Of a stretch of 64,000 nt of DNA, positions 46,442-56,699 are shown in pieces. Each line of letters starts with the position of its first letter. Positions within the stretch are counted from its first letter, which is position 1. The translations under genes were made by a program, and so were the position numbers. The notes under the pieces were generated by a model, which was not told where the DNA came from, made no database searches, and saw nothing but the letters and a program-made list of their open reading frames with translations. The DNA is taken from contig JBGANF010000009.1 of the NCBI GenBank assembly GCA_044222475.1, forward strand, positions 45,845 through 109,844, written 5' to 3'. This DNA is from Polyangiaceae bacterium (GTDB lineage Bacteria > Myxococcota_A > Polyangia > Polyangiales > Polyangiaceae).

Positions 46442-47764
46442 ATGGCGACGACCGTCGCGACCACGAGACACCTCAACGTCCGCGGAGGAACGATCACCGC
46501 GGGAGGAACCCGCCTCGAGATCGGCGCGGAGCCGCTCGTCGTCGGCCGCGACGCCGCCTCGAACCTCGTCCTCTCCGATCCTCGGGTGAGCGCGCTCCAC
46601 GCCGAGCTGCTCGCGACGCCGCGCGGCGTTCGCGTGCGCGACCTCGGCAGCAAGAACGGCGTCTGGGTCGAGTCCGTTCGGTTGACGGAGGGCTACCTCA
46701 CCGAGCCCACGACGATCTTCATCGGGCCGATCGAGGTCGAGTTCGAGCCCGCCCAAGGCACCGAGCGGTTCACCCTCGCCACGTCCGAGCGCTTCCACGG
46801 CCTGTACGGGCGGAGCCCGTCGATGCGCGAGCTCTTCGCCCGCCTCGAGCGCGCCGCGCAGACGAGCCTCACCGTGCTCATCGAGGGCGAGACTGGCACC
46901 GGCAAGGAGCTCGTCGCGCAAGCGGTCCACGCCGCGAGCGCGCAGCGCAAGGGACCGTTCGTAGTCGTCGACTGCGGCGCCATCCCCGAGAACCTCGCCG
47001 AGGCCGCCCTCTTCGGTCACGCGCGCGGCGCGTTCACCGGCGCCACCGCCGATCGCGAGTCGCCGTTCGTCGAGGCGAACGGCGGGACGATCTTCCTGGA
47101 CGAGCTCGGCGAGCTCCCGATCGATCTCCAGCCCAAGCTGCTCCGCGCGCTCGCCGAACGCCGCGTGAAGGCGGTCGGCGCGAAAGACTACGTCCCGTTC
47201 GATGCGCGCATCGTCGCGGCGACGCGCCGCGACCTGTCGCGCGCGGTGAACGAGGGCTCGTTCCGCAGCGACCTCTACTTCCGCGTCGCCCAGGTGCGCG
47301 TCACGACTCCACCGCTCCGCGAACGCAGCGAGGACGTCCCCGGCCTCGTGAAGGCGTTCCTCGAATCGAAGAAGCTCGCCGCCGTCTACCGGCGCATCAC
47401 GCGCGAGTCGATGGCACGCCTCGTTCGCCACGACTGGCCCGGCAACGTGCGCGAGCTCCGCAACGTCGTCGAGGTGGCGGTCGCGCTCGCCGACGACGGT
47501 CCTATCGACATCGCGGCCCCGCTCGGCACCAGCGCCGGCGGGCTCGACCGCAGCGGCTCGATGATGGGCGACGACAAGAGCGTCGAGCTCGGCTACCACG
47601 ACGCCAAACGAACCGCGCTCGACCGCTTCGAGAAGGCGTATTTCGCCGAGCTCCTCGAGCGCGCGGGCGGCAACATCGCGGAGATCTCCCGCCGTGCCGG
47701 CCTCCAGCGAACGCACGTGCGCAAGTACCTCGTCGCCCATGGCCTTTGGCGGAAGGGCGGATGA
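46442..47764 (+). CDS. FHA-domain sigma54 enhancer-binding protein
   Basis: FHA (VGR..SALH..DLGSKNG), GETGTGKE, GAFTGA, LDE, WPGNVRE, Fis-type HTH. Confidence 0.95.
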   Translation: MATTVATTRHLNVRGGTITAGGTRLEIGAEPLVVGRDAASNLVLSDPRVSALHAELLATPRGVRVRDLGSKNGVWVESVRLTEGYLTEPTTIFIGPIEVEFEPAQGTERFTLATSERFHGLYGRSPSMRELFARLERAAQTSLTVLIEGETGTGKELVAQAVHAASAQRKGPFVVVDCGAIPENLAEAALFGHARGAFTGATADRESPFVEANGGTIFLDELGELPIDLQPKLLRALAERRVKAVGAKDYVPFDARIVAATRRDLSRAVNEGSFRSDLYFRVAQVRVTTPPLRERSEDVPGLVKAFLESKKLAAVYRRITRESMARLVRHDWPGNVRELRNVVEVAVALADDGPIDIAAPLGTSAGGLDRSGSMMGDDKSVELGYHDAKRTALDRFEKAYFAELLERAGGNIAEISRRAGLQRTHVRKYLVAHGLWRKGG

Positions 47765-48630
47765 GGCCAGTCGTCCTTCTCCTCTTCGCGGCGCCGGCGG
47801 CGGTCGCGGTCGGATGCGGGCTCACGCGCGCAGGGATCCTCATCGACGACGGCTTCGTCGACGGCGGGCCCGACGCCAGCGACGAGACCACGGTCCTCCC
47901 CGATGGCGCGCCCGACCCAGACGGCGGCGCCGACGCCGGCCCCGACGGGCCGTGCCCAGTCGGGCTGGCTGGTCCCAAAATGGTACCGGCAGCCGATTTC
48001 TGCATCGACTCGACCGAGGTGACGAAGGCGCACTACGCGAAGTTCCTCGCCGCCCTCGGCGACGGCGGCCTCGACGGCGGCGTGAAGGCGCCCCCCGAGT
48101 GCGACTACAAGAAGGCCGCGAGCGATCTCGTCCCCGGGAGCTGGGACCCGACGACGAACCCGCAGCGACCAGTCACCAAGGTCGACTGGTGCGACGCCGC
48201 GATCTTCTGCCGGTGGGCCAAGAAGCGCCTCTGCGGAAAGCGGGGCGGCGGCGCATTGAGCGACAAGGATCTCCCCAACGACGCGACCAAGCATCAGTGG
48301 TACGCCGCGTGCTCGCAGGAGGGGCTCCGCACCTGGTGCTACGGCGCGAACTGGAACGCGAAGACGTGCCGGAGCGACGACAACGGCCAGAAAGCGACCG
48401 ACGTCGCGACGTATCCGGGCTGCGTGGGCGGATACCCCGGCCTCTTCGACATGACCGGCAACGTCGCCGAGTGGATCGACCAGTGCACCGGGCCGGCATC
48501 GAACGACCAGTGCAGCATCCAGGGTGGCGACTACGGCTCGAACGACACCGCGTCCCAATGCGACGGTGTCGACACCCGCGATCGCGACACGATGACGGAA
48601 GACTGGGTCGGCTTCCGCTGCTGCAACTGA
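47761..48630 (+). CDS. formylglycine-generating enzyme (SUMF1/FGE-sulfatase) domain lipoprotein
   Basis: lipobox AVGC; FCIDSTEVT, DWCDA, KRLC, DMTGNVAEW, GFRCC. Confidence 0.85.
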   Translation: MRPVVLLLFAAPAAVAVGCGLTRAGILIDDGFVDGGPDASDETTVLPDGAPDPDGGADAGPDGPCPVGLAGPKMVPAADFCIDSTEVTKAHYAKFLAALGDGGLDGGVKAPPECDYKKAASDLVPGSWDPTTNPQRPVTKVDWCDAAIFCRWAKKRLCGKRGGGALSDKDLPNDATKHQWYAACSQEGLRTWCYGANWNAKTCRSDDNGQKATDVATYPGCVGGYPGLFDMTGNVAEWIDQCTGPASNDQCSIQGGDYGSNDTASQCDGVDTRDRDTMTEDWVGFRCCN

Positions 48631-50169
48631 TCAGCTCTTGGCGAACCGCTTCGGGAACGCGCCGAGCAGCGTGAACACCGCCTTGATCTTGTCGAAGACG
48701 CCGGTGGTGCCGCTGCGAATCTTGGCGAGCGAGAGCGCGATCGTGCGGAGCGCGGGGGTGTACGGGTACCACCACATCTCGCGCTTGGCGCCGCTTCGAT
48801 CCGAGAGGACGAAGCGCGGTCGGGTCAGCGCGTCGAGAGCGAGCGGCGAGTTGGTGATCCCGTAGCCGGTCTCCCCGAAGCCGCTCCAGGGCGCCGCCGG
48901 GAGCGCGCCGGTGAACGCGTGGTTGTTGATCGTGACGACGCCGGCGCGAATGTCGCGCGCGAGCTCCTCCGCCTTGTCGACGTCCTTCGACCAGATGCTC
49001 GCGGTGAGGCCGTAGCGGGACGCGTTCGCGAGCTCGATCGCCTCGGCCGCGTCGTCGACGACGCGGATCGGGAGAACCGGTCCGAAGGTCTCGTCCTGCA
49101 TCAGGGCGACGTCGTCCTTCTCGAGGCGGATCACGGTCGGTGCGTAGGCGTAGCCCTTCTCGCCCTTCTTGCCGCCGGTGAGGATCTCTGCGCCGGCCTC
49201 CTTCGCGCCGTCGACGTGGTCACTGACGATGGTGCGCTGCGCTTCCGTCGCGAGCGGCCCGACCTCGCCCTCGCCGATCGCCTTCGCGGTCTCGACGACC
49301 TTCTTGATGAACGCGTCGGCGATCGCCTTCACGACGTACACGCGCTCGACCGATGCGCAGTTCTGCCCGGCGTTGGTGAACGCGCCCCACACGATGCCGT
49401 TGGCGGCGCGCTCGAGGTTCGCGTCCTCGAGCACGATGGCTGCGTCCTTCCCGCCGAGCTCCACCGAGCAGGGGATGAGACGCTCGGCGCAGGCGAGCGC
49501 GACGCGCTTCCCGGTTCGGACGCTGCCGGTGAAGACGACGAGGTCCACGTCGGCCGCACACAGCGCCGCGCCGACGTCGCCGCCGCCTTGCACGAGCTGG
49601 AACACGCCTTCGGGCACGAGCCCGTCGAAGAGCTCGGCGACGAGCGCTCCGCAGCGCGCAGACACCTCGCTCGGCTTGAACAGCACCGCGTTGCCGGCGA
49701 GCAGCGCGGGCACGAGCGAGCGCAGCGGGAGCGCGACCGGGTAGTTCCACGGCATGATCACGGCGACGACTCCGCGGGCTTCGCGGTGGATGACGCCGCT
49801 CTTGCTCGCGTACGTGAGCGGGTCGAGATCGACGTCGACCGGCTCCATGTGCTCGGCGATCGACGTCGTCCAGTACGTCACGACGTCGGCGGAGGGGAGG
49901 ACCTCGGAGAGGAGGCTCTCCGCGAAGGGTTTGCCGACCTCCTTCTCGCACGTCTTCGCGATCTTCTCGGCGCGATCCAGGATTCGGTCCTTGAGCGGCG
50001 CGAGCTTCTCGGCGCGCTCTTCCGGCGTGAGGCGCGACCAAGCACGTTGCGCCGCGCGCGCAGCCTTCGCGAGGTCGGCGATGTCGTCCGGTGACGTCGC
50101 CTTCATGGCTTCGAGCTTGGACCCGTCGAGCGGGCTCACGAGGGCGAACGGTGATTCTGACGTGGCCAT
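48631..50169 (-). CDS. NAD(P)-dependent aldehyde dehydrogenase
   Basis: PWNYP, KPSE, FTGS, ELGGK, AGQNC, ETFGP. Confidence 0.95.
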   Translation of the reverse strand: MATSESPFALVSPLDGSKLEAMKATSPDDIADLAKAARAAQRAWSRLTPEERAEKLAPLKDRILDRAEKIAKTCEKEVGKPFAESLLSEVLPSADVVTYWTTSIAEHMEPVDVDLDPLTYASKSGVIHREARGVVAVIMPWNYPVALPLRSLVPALLAGNAVLFKPSEVSARCGALVAELFDGLVPEGVFQLVQGGGDVGAALCAADVDLVVFTGSVRTGKRVALACAERLIPCSVELGGKDAAIVLEDANLERAANGIVWGAFTNAGQNCASVERVYVVKAIADAFIKKVVETAKAIGEGEVGPLATEAQRTIVSDHVDGAKEAGAEILTGGKKGEKGYAYAPTVIRLEKDDVALMQDETFGPVLPIRVVDDAAEAIELANASRYGLTASIWSKDVDKAEELARDIRAGVVTINNHAFTGALPAAPWSGFGETGYGITNSPLALDALTRPRFVLSDRSGAKREMWWYPYTPALRTIALSLAKIRSGTTGVFDKIKAVFTLLGAFPKRFAKS

Positions 50170-50260
50170 GGCGCCGTTCTATACCATCAAGGCCGGAACA
50201 TTCGACAGCGCTCGCGGGCGATCTTCCGCACGGAAGCGCCCCGGATGGTACGGTCGATCG

Positions 50261-50602
50261 ATGAAAGACCGGCGACTTCAGGACTACCGCGTCGCACTCG
50301 ACGTCTTGGTGGAGTCGCTCGACGCGGTCGTCCGCGTGGCCCGGTGGACCGGCGCCGAGGCCCCGCCGGAGCCGCTCCAGACGGCGGTCGAGAAGCTCCC
50401 CGAGCGACGCGCCACCGCGGAGCGGCTGGTGCGCGTCCCTTTCTCCGGCTCGCGAGGGGACGCGGACAGCGTCACGGCGCTCTGTTCGTCGATGAAGAAG
50501 CTCGACGACGCATACCTCGCTTATCGCACGCGGCTCACCGAGGGGGACGTCTCGGCAGCCTCGGACTTGGAACACGACATCAGCGAGGCGACGGCATCAT
50601 GA
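50261..50602 (+). CDS. hypothetical helical protein
   Basis: ATG 50261; stop overlaps next start (ATGA). Confidence 0.6.
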   Translation: MKDRRLQDYRVALDVLVESLDAVVRVARWTGAEAPPEPLQTAVEKLPERRATAERLVRVPFSGSRGDADSVTALCSSMKKLDDAYLAYRTRLTEGDVSAASDLEHDISEATAS

Positions 50603-50949
50603 CCACACGAAAAGACAAAGACGACGGCGACGGCAGCGACAAGGCGCGCGCGGTCAAGATCACCAATCAGTTCCGGTCGCGCACCGGCTTCGTCTACGAC
50701 CTGAAGTGCGACGGCCAGCGGCTCGTCCTCCGCATCGGCGCGAGCATGCACGAACCGCAGGACGGCTGGCACGTCCAGGCCGCGTCCGCCTCGGCCGACG
50801 ACACTCCCTCGGTCGAGGCCTACGCGCCGACCCGCGCCGATGCGCTGCGCGAGGTGGGCCGCCGATGGGCCGACTCGGGCGGGCCGAATTTCCCGGCCTT
50901 CGATTGGGAAGCGGTGGAGAAGGCCCTCACCGCGGTGCGTGCGCTTTGA
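50599..50949 (+). CDS. hypothetical protein
   Basis: translationally coupled at both ends; 'ITNQFRSRTGFVYDLKC...FDWEAVEKALTAVRAL'. Confidence 0.65.
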   Translation: MTTRKDKDDGDGSDKARAVKITNQFRSRTGFVYDLKCDGQRLVLRIGASMHEPQDGWHVQAASASADDTPSVEAYAPTRADALREVGRRWADSGGPNFPAFDWEAVEKALTAVRAL

Positions 50950-51170
50950 AGGCCGACGATCAAACCGCGCTCGCGGAGAAGGTCTCCGCCTCGAAGCGCG
51001 AGGTGAAGAGCGCCGAGCTCGCGCTGTCTCGCCTCCTCCAAGACCTGACCGGCGCCCGACGCGCCGACAAGACGACCATCACCGAAGCCGTGCAGAAGGC
51101 GCTCGCCAAGCTGCGCCAAGCGCGGATCGATCTCGAAGACCTCAGCCGAATCGTCGCCGCGAACGACTGA
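50946..51170 (+). CDS. small coiled-coil hypothetical protein
   Basis: TTG start overlapping upstream stop; 74-aa helical sequence. Confidence 0.55.
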   Translation: MKADDQTALAEKVSASKREVKSAELALSRLLQDLTGARRADKTTITEAVQKALAKLRQARIDLEDLSRIVAAND

Positions 51171-51171
51171 G

Positions 51172-54100
51172 TCACCCGATCCGATGAACGGCGGCGCGCC
51201 CTCCGAGCGTCGACGTCGCGAGCTTCGCCACGTGCTCGTGGTGGGTGAACAGGATGACTTGGAGCTCGCGCGACAGCTCGCCGAGGACCTCGAGCGCGGC
51301 CGCGGCGCGGACGTCGTCGAAATGGACGAGCACGTCGTCGAGGACGAGCGGCAGCGGATCGGTCGCACGCGCGGTGCGGTGGAGCGTCGCGAGTCGGAGC
51401 GCGAGGTAGAGCTGATCGCGCGTGCCTTCGCTGAGCGACGACACGGGGAGCGAGCCGCCGCTCGCGCGCTGCGCAAGAAGGAAGGGGGCGTCCTTCTCGT
51501 CGTGGTCGACCCGCAGCGCGCTGAACGCTCCGCCGGTGAGGCGGCGGAAGATCTCGCCGGCGTGCTTCACCACCGGCGCTTCGTTGGCCTCGCGATACCG
51601 CTCCATCTCGCGACGCAGGAGGACCGCACCGGCGCGGAGCCGCGCATAGCGCAGGGCGAGATCGCGGATCTTCGCGCGCTCGGCCTCGGCCTCGGCGCTC
51701 GCTTCGACGGCGAGCGAGGTCGCCTCCATCTGCTGAAGCCCCGCCGCGTTGCTCCCGATGTCCTGCACGATGCGGCGCAGTCGATCGTCGAGGGCGCTCG
51801 TCGCCTCTTCGATCGCGTCGCGGCGCGCGTCGAGCGCGGCTTCGTTCGCATCGTCGCTGCCCCGATCGGCGAACTTGTCGCCCAGGGCTGCCACCGCCTG
51901 CGCGATCTCGGCGCGATGCTCGCCCAGGGTCTGCGCCTCGCGATCACGCTCGAGGCGCTTCGCGGCGAGCTCCTCTTCGAGTCGCCCACGTTCCTTGGCG
52001 CGTTCGCTCTCCACGGCGAGGCGCCGCACGAGGGCATCGGCCACGTCGAGCGCGTCCCCCGTGATCGTGACGCCCAACTGAGCGGCGATCTCTCGCACCT
52101 CCGCCTCGACTCGGCTGCGATCGGCGGCCGAACGAGCGAGGCTCTCGTCCACGTCGGCGAGGGAACGTCGCGCTCGGTCCGCCTCTTGAATGCGCGCGAT
52201 GAGCGCGGCGGCCTCGCGCGGAGTGGCATCCGGAGGGAGCCCCGCGGCTTCGAGCGCGACGCGGGCGCGCGCCCGCGCTGCATCGTGCTCGGCGGTCGCC
52301 TGCGCGAGCGCAGATGCGTCCTTCGCCAGTCGAGCGGCCGCCGCGCGCGCGTCGACGATGGCCGTCAGACGCGCTTCGGCCCGGGCCACGAGGTCCGGGT
52401 CGCCCTTCGTCTCGCAGGCGCGCTCGAGCGCCGATGTCGCTTCGCCCACGATCCGATCGTGCTCCGCGAGCGCGGCCGACTCGCTGGCCACCGCACTCGC
52501 GCGTCGCAAGAGGTCCTCGTGAAGCGCGACGTACGCGCGGAAGACCTGCGGCGATGCGTCGACCTGGGCGAGCCCACGCCATGCTTCGTCGGCTGCGCGT
52601 CGAGCATCGATCGCCGCGGCGAGGGCGCGTTCGGCCCGCTCCTTCGCTGCGCCCTGAGCGCGGATGTCCGCGTCGAGCGTCGCGAGGAGCGTCGACCGCT
52701 TGGACTCGGCGCGAAGCGCGTCGGCGAGATCGTCGGCCCGTCGCATCTTCGCCTCGAAGACCGGATGGACCTTCTCGCCGGCCACGATCGCTCGCCACGT
52801 CTCGTCGCGTTCGTCGCGCGCGGCCCGCACGTCGCCCTCGGTCGGCGGAGCGCCGGCCGCGACGAGATGGTCGCGCTGTTGCACCTTGGCTGCGAGCTCT
52901 CGCTCGATGCTCGCGAGCTCGGTGCGGGCAGCGCCGACGGCGTCGCTCCTCTGCGCGAGCAGCTGCTCGTGCTCGGCGATCGCCGCGGCCGGTGGAAGCG
53001 CGCGCGTCTCGGGATCCCATGGGATCTCCGCCCGCCGCTTCGCGATCTCCGCCTGCATGCTCGCGATCGACGCCGTGATCTTTCGGCGCTGGGCCCCCGC
53101 GTCACCCAGCGCTCGCACCCGATCGAGGGCCTGGCGCAAGAGCGTCTCCGCCTCGGCGCCGTGCGTGCCCGCGAGCGCGAGCTCGGCGCGCGCGTCACGC
53201 ACGTGCGCCTCGAGCGTTCGCCTCTGCGCGTCGAGCTCTTCGATCGGCTCCAGCGCCGCGGTGACCGCCGCGAGCGCGCCCTCCGCGCGGGGCTCGCTGC
53301 CGAGACCGGACGCGACCCGCTCCACATCGCTCGCCAGACTCGCGCGGGTGCGCTCGGTCAGCGGCCTCTCCAGGTCGGCCCGGCGCAGTCCGGGCAGGCG
53401 CTCGGCGACCGCGGCGATACGGCTCGCGACCGCGGCGACGGCTTCGTCCTGCGGCAGTTGGGCCAAGCGCTGCTCGAGGTCGGCGATCGCATCGGCTTGG
53501 ACGCGCGCGTGGCGCGCGATCGCCTTGGCCACCGGGAGGACGCGCAGCAACCGGTCGACGTGGTTGCGCTCGGCGATGAGCTCGTCGCGATCCGTCACGA
53601 GCTTCGCTTGCTCGGCACGCAGATCGTCGAGGAGCGCGCGCTGCGTCTCCCACGCGCGGCGATCGGTCCCGTCGCTCCGTGACTTCGCATCCTTGTAGGC
53701 CTTGAGGGCCTGGTTGAGCAGCGGGTTCTTCCCACGCACCGTGAAGATCGCCTCCGCTTGCGCGGAGAGCTCGCGCTCGAGCGTGAGGAGGCCCGTACGT
53801 CCGAGCGCGGCCGCGAAGAGCGTTTCGGCCGCGTCGCCTTCGCCCGCGAGAAGCTCCTCGGCGCCGCGGCGAAGCGTCTCGTGATCGAGGCCGTACGCGC
53901 GCGTGAAGATCTCTCGCTTGATGCCGCCGAGCCAGCGCTCGAGCTTCGCCTCGTCGGCGACCTCGCCGGTCTCGGTGCGGAGCGTGTCCTTGCGGCCTTT
54001 GGTCCGCACGACCGCCCACCGTTCGCCGGCGGGACCGACGAGGGTGGCACCGAGCTGCAGATCTTGGCTGCGGTGGCGGTGGGCATCCGGCGTGGAGTGG

Positions 54101-54267
54101 GGAAACCCGAAAAGGAGATCGCTCACCGCGCGCAGTGTGGTGCTCTTGCCCGCTTCGTTGGGACCGAAGACCACGTCGACGACGCCCTCGGGCCTCGCTT
54201 CGGCGAGCTCGATCGCCGCGCCGGAGAACGGGCCGAACGCGGTCAGCGCGAGCCGCGCGATCCTCAT
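51172..54267 (-). CDS. YhaN-like SMC/Rad50-type ATPase
   Basis: GPNEAGKST, long coiled coil, LSEGTRDQLYLALRLA, LDDVLVHFDD, FTHH. Confidence 0.9.
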   Translation of the reverse strand: MRIARLALTAFGPFSGAAIELAEARPEGVVDVVFGPNEAGKSTTLRAVSDLLFGFPHSTPDAHRHRSQDLQLGATLVGPAGERWAVVRTKGRKDTLRTETGEVADEAKLERWLGGIKREIFTRAYGLDHETLRRGAEELLAGEGDAAETLFAAALGRTGLLTLERELSAQAEAIFTVRGKNPLLNQALKAYKDAKSRSDGTDRRAWETQRALLDDLRAEQAKLVTDRDELIAERNHVDRLLRVLPVAKAIARHARVQADAIADLEQRLAQLPQDEAVAAVASRIAAVAERLPGLRRADLERPLTERTRASLASDVERVASGLGSEPRAEGALAAVTAALEPIEELDAQRRTLEAHVRDARAELALAGTHGAEAETLLRQALDRVRALGDAGAQRRKITASIASMQAEIAKRRAEIPWDPETRALPPAAAIAEHEQLLAQRSDAVGAARTELASIERELAAKVQQRDHLVAAGAPPTEGDVRAARDERDETWRAIVAGEKVHPVFEAKMRRADDLADALRAESKRSTLLATLDADIRAQGAAKERAERALAAAIDARRAADEAWRGLAQVDASPQVFRAYVALHEDLLRRASAVASESAALAEHDRIVGEATSALERACETKGDPDLVARAEARLTAIVDARAAAARLAKDASALAQATAEHDAARARARVALEAAGLPPDATPREAAALIARIQEADRARRSLADVDESLARSAADRSRVEAEVREIAAQLGVTITGDALDVADALVRRLAVESERAKERGRLEEELAAKRLERDREAQTLGEHRAEIAQAVAALGDKFADRGSDDANEAALDARRDAIEEATSALDDRLRRIVQDIGSNAAGLQQMEATSLAVEASAEAEAERAKIRDLALRYARLRAGAVLLRREMERYREANEAPVVKHAGEIFRRLTGGAFSALRVDHDEKDAPFLLAQRASGGSLPVSSLSEGTRDQLYLALRLATLHRTARATDPLPLVLDDVLVHFDDVRAAAALEVLGELSRELQVILFTHHEHVAKLATSTLGGRAAVHRIG

Positions 54268-55526
54268 TCCTCGTCTCCTTCGATCAGCGACGGGACCACC
54301 ATCCGCTCGGCGTCGGCGAGGATCGCAGCGATCGCGTCGTCACCGGAGAGCGCCAGGCGCGGGTCTTCTTCCTCGAGCCCGAGGGACGCGATCTTCTCGC
54401 GCACGTCCGCGAGCGCCTCGGTGATCGCGGCGGTGAGCGCCGGATCGCGAGCTGATCCTCCGTCACGAAGCGCTCGCGCGAGCTGTCCGATCGCGTCGTC
54501 GCGCTCGGCGAGGGCGCCGGCGAGCGCCGGAGACGACAGAGCGACATCGATCTTCTCGATCCAGGCCGGCGCGACCTCGCCGGCGAGCGCTCGCACGTCG
54601 GCCTCGAACGACGGTTCGCCGAGCGCCTGCGCGACCCGCGGCGACGCCGTGCCGTCGATGGCGACGCGGACGGCGAGCGGCCGCTCGTCGGCGCTGGTAC
54701 GGAGCGACTCGAGCGTGCTCCGCAACCGATCGAGCACGTCGGAGTCGTGATCGCCCTCGGTGACCGTGACTCGCGCGCGCTCCCAGCGAACGACGTCGAA
54801 GACGACGTGTTCGACGGCGCGCACCTTCGCGTCGGCGGTCGTCACGAGGGTCGCCCCTTTGGCGCCGGTCTCCTTCGCGTGCCGGCCCTGCAGGTTCCCC
54901 GGGTACACCACCCAGGGCCGCTCGTGGAGCACCTCGCGCGCGTGGACGTGACCGAGCGCCCAGTAGTCGTAGCCGCGCTCCACGAGCCACGACGGCTTGC
55001 ACGGCGCGTAGCCGGCGTGGCCGGGCCGACCGTCGACCGAGGTGTGGAGCATCCCCACGTTCACGAGGCCCGACAACGGCGCTGGGTACCCAAGGGACAG
55101 GTCGCTCAGCTCTTCGCGGTGAGAGAACCCGCGACCGTGAACCGCGACGCCCAGGTCTTCGAACACGACGCTCTCAACGCGGCTGGTCGAGAGATCCTTC
55201 ACGTGATCGGGGAGCCGGAGCGACTTCGTGATCTGGCTCTGCGCGTCGTGGTTTCCCCGGAGAACGACCACCCGGGTACCCACCTCGCGCAGGAGGTTCA
55301 TCTGGTTCACGAAGAACAGCCCGGTCGCGTAGTCCTTCCAGTCGCCGTCGTAGAGATCTCCGGCGATGAGGAGCAGCTCGATGCGGTCCTCCAGGCAACG
55401 CTCGATGAGCCGGCGAAACGCGCGGCGCGTCGCTTCACGAATCTCCGAGACGGGTGCTCCTTCGTAGCGCGCGAGGCCGCGCAGCGGGCTGTCGAGGTGG
55501 ATGTCGGCCGCGTGGACGAACCGCAC
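54264..55526 (-). CDS. YhaO/SbcD/Mre11-like DNA repair exonuclease
   Basis: ADIHLD, AGDLYD, GNHD, ALGHVH, YPGNLQGR. Confidence 0.92.
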   Translation of the reverse strand: MRFVHAADIHLDSPLRGLARYEGAPVSEIREATRRAFRRLIERCLEDRIELLLIAGDLYDGDWKDYATGLFFVNQMNLLREVGTRVVVLRGNHDAQSQITKSLRLPDHVKDLSTSRVESVVFEDLGVAVHGRGFSHREELSDLSLGYPAPLSGLVNVGMLHTSVDGRPGHAGYAPCKPSWLVERGYDYWALGHVHAREVLHERPWVVYPGNLQGRHAKETGAKGATLVTTADAKVRAVEHVVFDVVRWERARVTVTEGDHDSDVLDRLRSTLESLRTSADERPLAVRVAIDGTASPRVAQALGEPSFEADVRALAGEVAPAWIEKIDVALSSPALAGALAERDDAIGQLARALRDGGSARDPALTAAITEALADVREKIASLGLEEEDPRLALSGDDAIAAILADAERMVVPSLIEGDEE

Positions 55527-56699
55527 TCACCTGCTCCGACGGGTGCGGCCGCACAGCGCGTCGGCGGCGGCGGTCACCCGCGCGACTGCCTCGGCGGGAG
55601 TGCGACCGACGGCCGAGAGGTGCCCCATCTTGCGGCCCGGACGCGCCTCGCGCTTTCCGTACAGGTGGAGCCGAACGCCCGGCAGCGCCAGCGCACGGTC
55701 GAAGAACGGTCCCTTTTTGGGACCGCCGAGCCACGCGTCACCGAGGAGGTTGTAGATGGCGACCGGTCGGGTGAGCTCGGTCGAACCGAGCGGGAGATCG
55801 CACACCGCGCGAACGGCCTGCTCGAACTGACTCGTGAGGCATCCCACTTCGGTACCGTGGAACGTGTTGTGGGGTCGCGGAGCGAGCTCGTTCACGAGGA
55901 CGGAGCCGTCTTCGAGCCAGAAGAACTCCACGACCAGGAGCCCGATCAGCCCGAGCTTCTTGGCGGCCTCGCGCGCGAGCTCGCCGGTCTCGGCGGCGAC
56001 CCGCTTGGGGACCGGCGCCGGCATCACCGAGTGCGCGAGGATGCGGTCCTCGTGGTGGTTCAGCGAAGGCGGATACACGGCAGTCTCGCCGGATGGACGC
56101 CGCGCGACGAGGATCGAGAGCTCGCCGCGGATGCGAAGGGCGGCCTCGGCGACGACCGGCATCGATCCGAGCTCGGCGAACGCGGCCGCGGCTTGATCGG
56201 CGCGCTGGACCACCACCTGTCCGCGCCCGTCGTATCCGCCGTGGCTCGCCTTCACGAAGCACGTGGTCCCGAGCTTCGTCACCGCGGCGGTGAGCTGCTT
56301 CGCCGAGGTCGCGACCGCGAACGGTCCGACCGGAAAACCGTGCCGGGCCAACCACGTCTTCTGCTTCACGCGATCTTGGATGATCGCGAGCACCTTGGAC
56401 GAGGGTCGCACCGGTGCGTGCTTCGCGGCGGCATCGAGGCTCTTGGTCGAGACCTTCTCGATCTCGAGCGTCACCACGTCGCACGCGCGCCCGAGAGACT
56501 CGGCCGCGGTCACGTCGTCGAACGACGCGGTGATGCAGCGATCGACGACGAAGCGCGCCGCGCACGACGCGTCGGGATCGAGGGCCTGTACGTGATAGCC
56601 GAGGGTGCGCGCGGCCATCGCCATCATGCGCCCGAGCTGGCCGCCGCCGAAGATCCCGATCGTCGCTCCGGGGAGAATCGCCGGATGCCTCGCGGTCAC
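55527..56699 (-). CDS. purK: N5-carboxyaminoimidazole ribonucleotide synthase
   Basis: GGGQLGRM, GYDGRGQ, NELAPRPHN, HLYGK..RPGRKMGH. Confidence 0.95.
   Translation of the reverse strand: MTARHPAILPGATIGIFGGGQLGRMMAMAARTLGYHVQALDPDASCAARFVVDRCITASFDDVTAAESLGRACDVVTLEIEKVSTKSLDAAAKHAPVRPSSKVLAIIQDRVKQKTWLARHGFPVGPFAVATSAKQLTAAVTKLGTTCFVKASHGGYDGRGQVVVQRADQAAAAFAELGSMPVVAEAALRIRGELSILVARRPSGETAVYPPSLNHHEDRILAHSVMPAPVPKRVAAETGELAREAAKKLGLIGLLVVEFFWLEDGSVLVNELAPRPHNTFHGTEVGCLTSQFEQAVRAVCDLPLGSTELTRPVAIYNLLGDAWLGGPKKGPFFDRALALPGVRLHLYGKREARPGRKMGHLSAVGRTPAEAVARVTAAADALCGRTRRSR

Noticed and set aside
51172..55526. SMC-like ATPase + nuclease as a novel defence system
   Set aside because: Matches the widespread YhaN/YhaO (SbcCD-like) pair, directly downstream of purEK.
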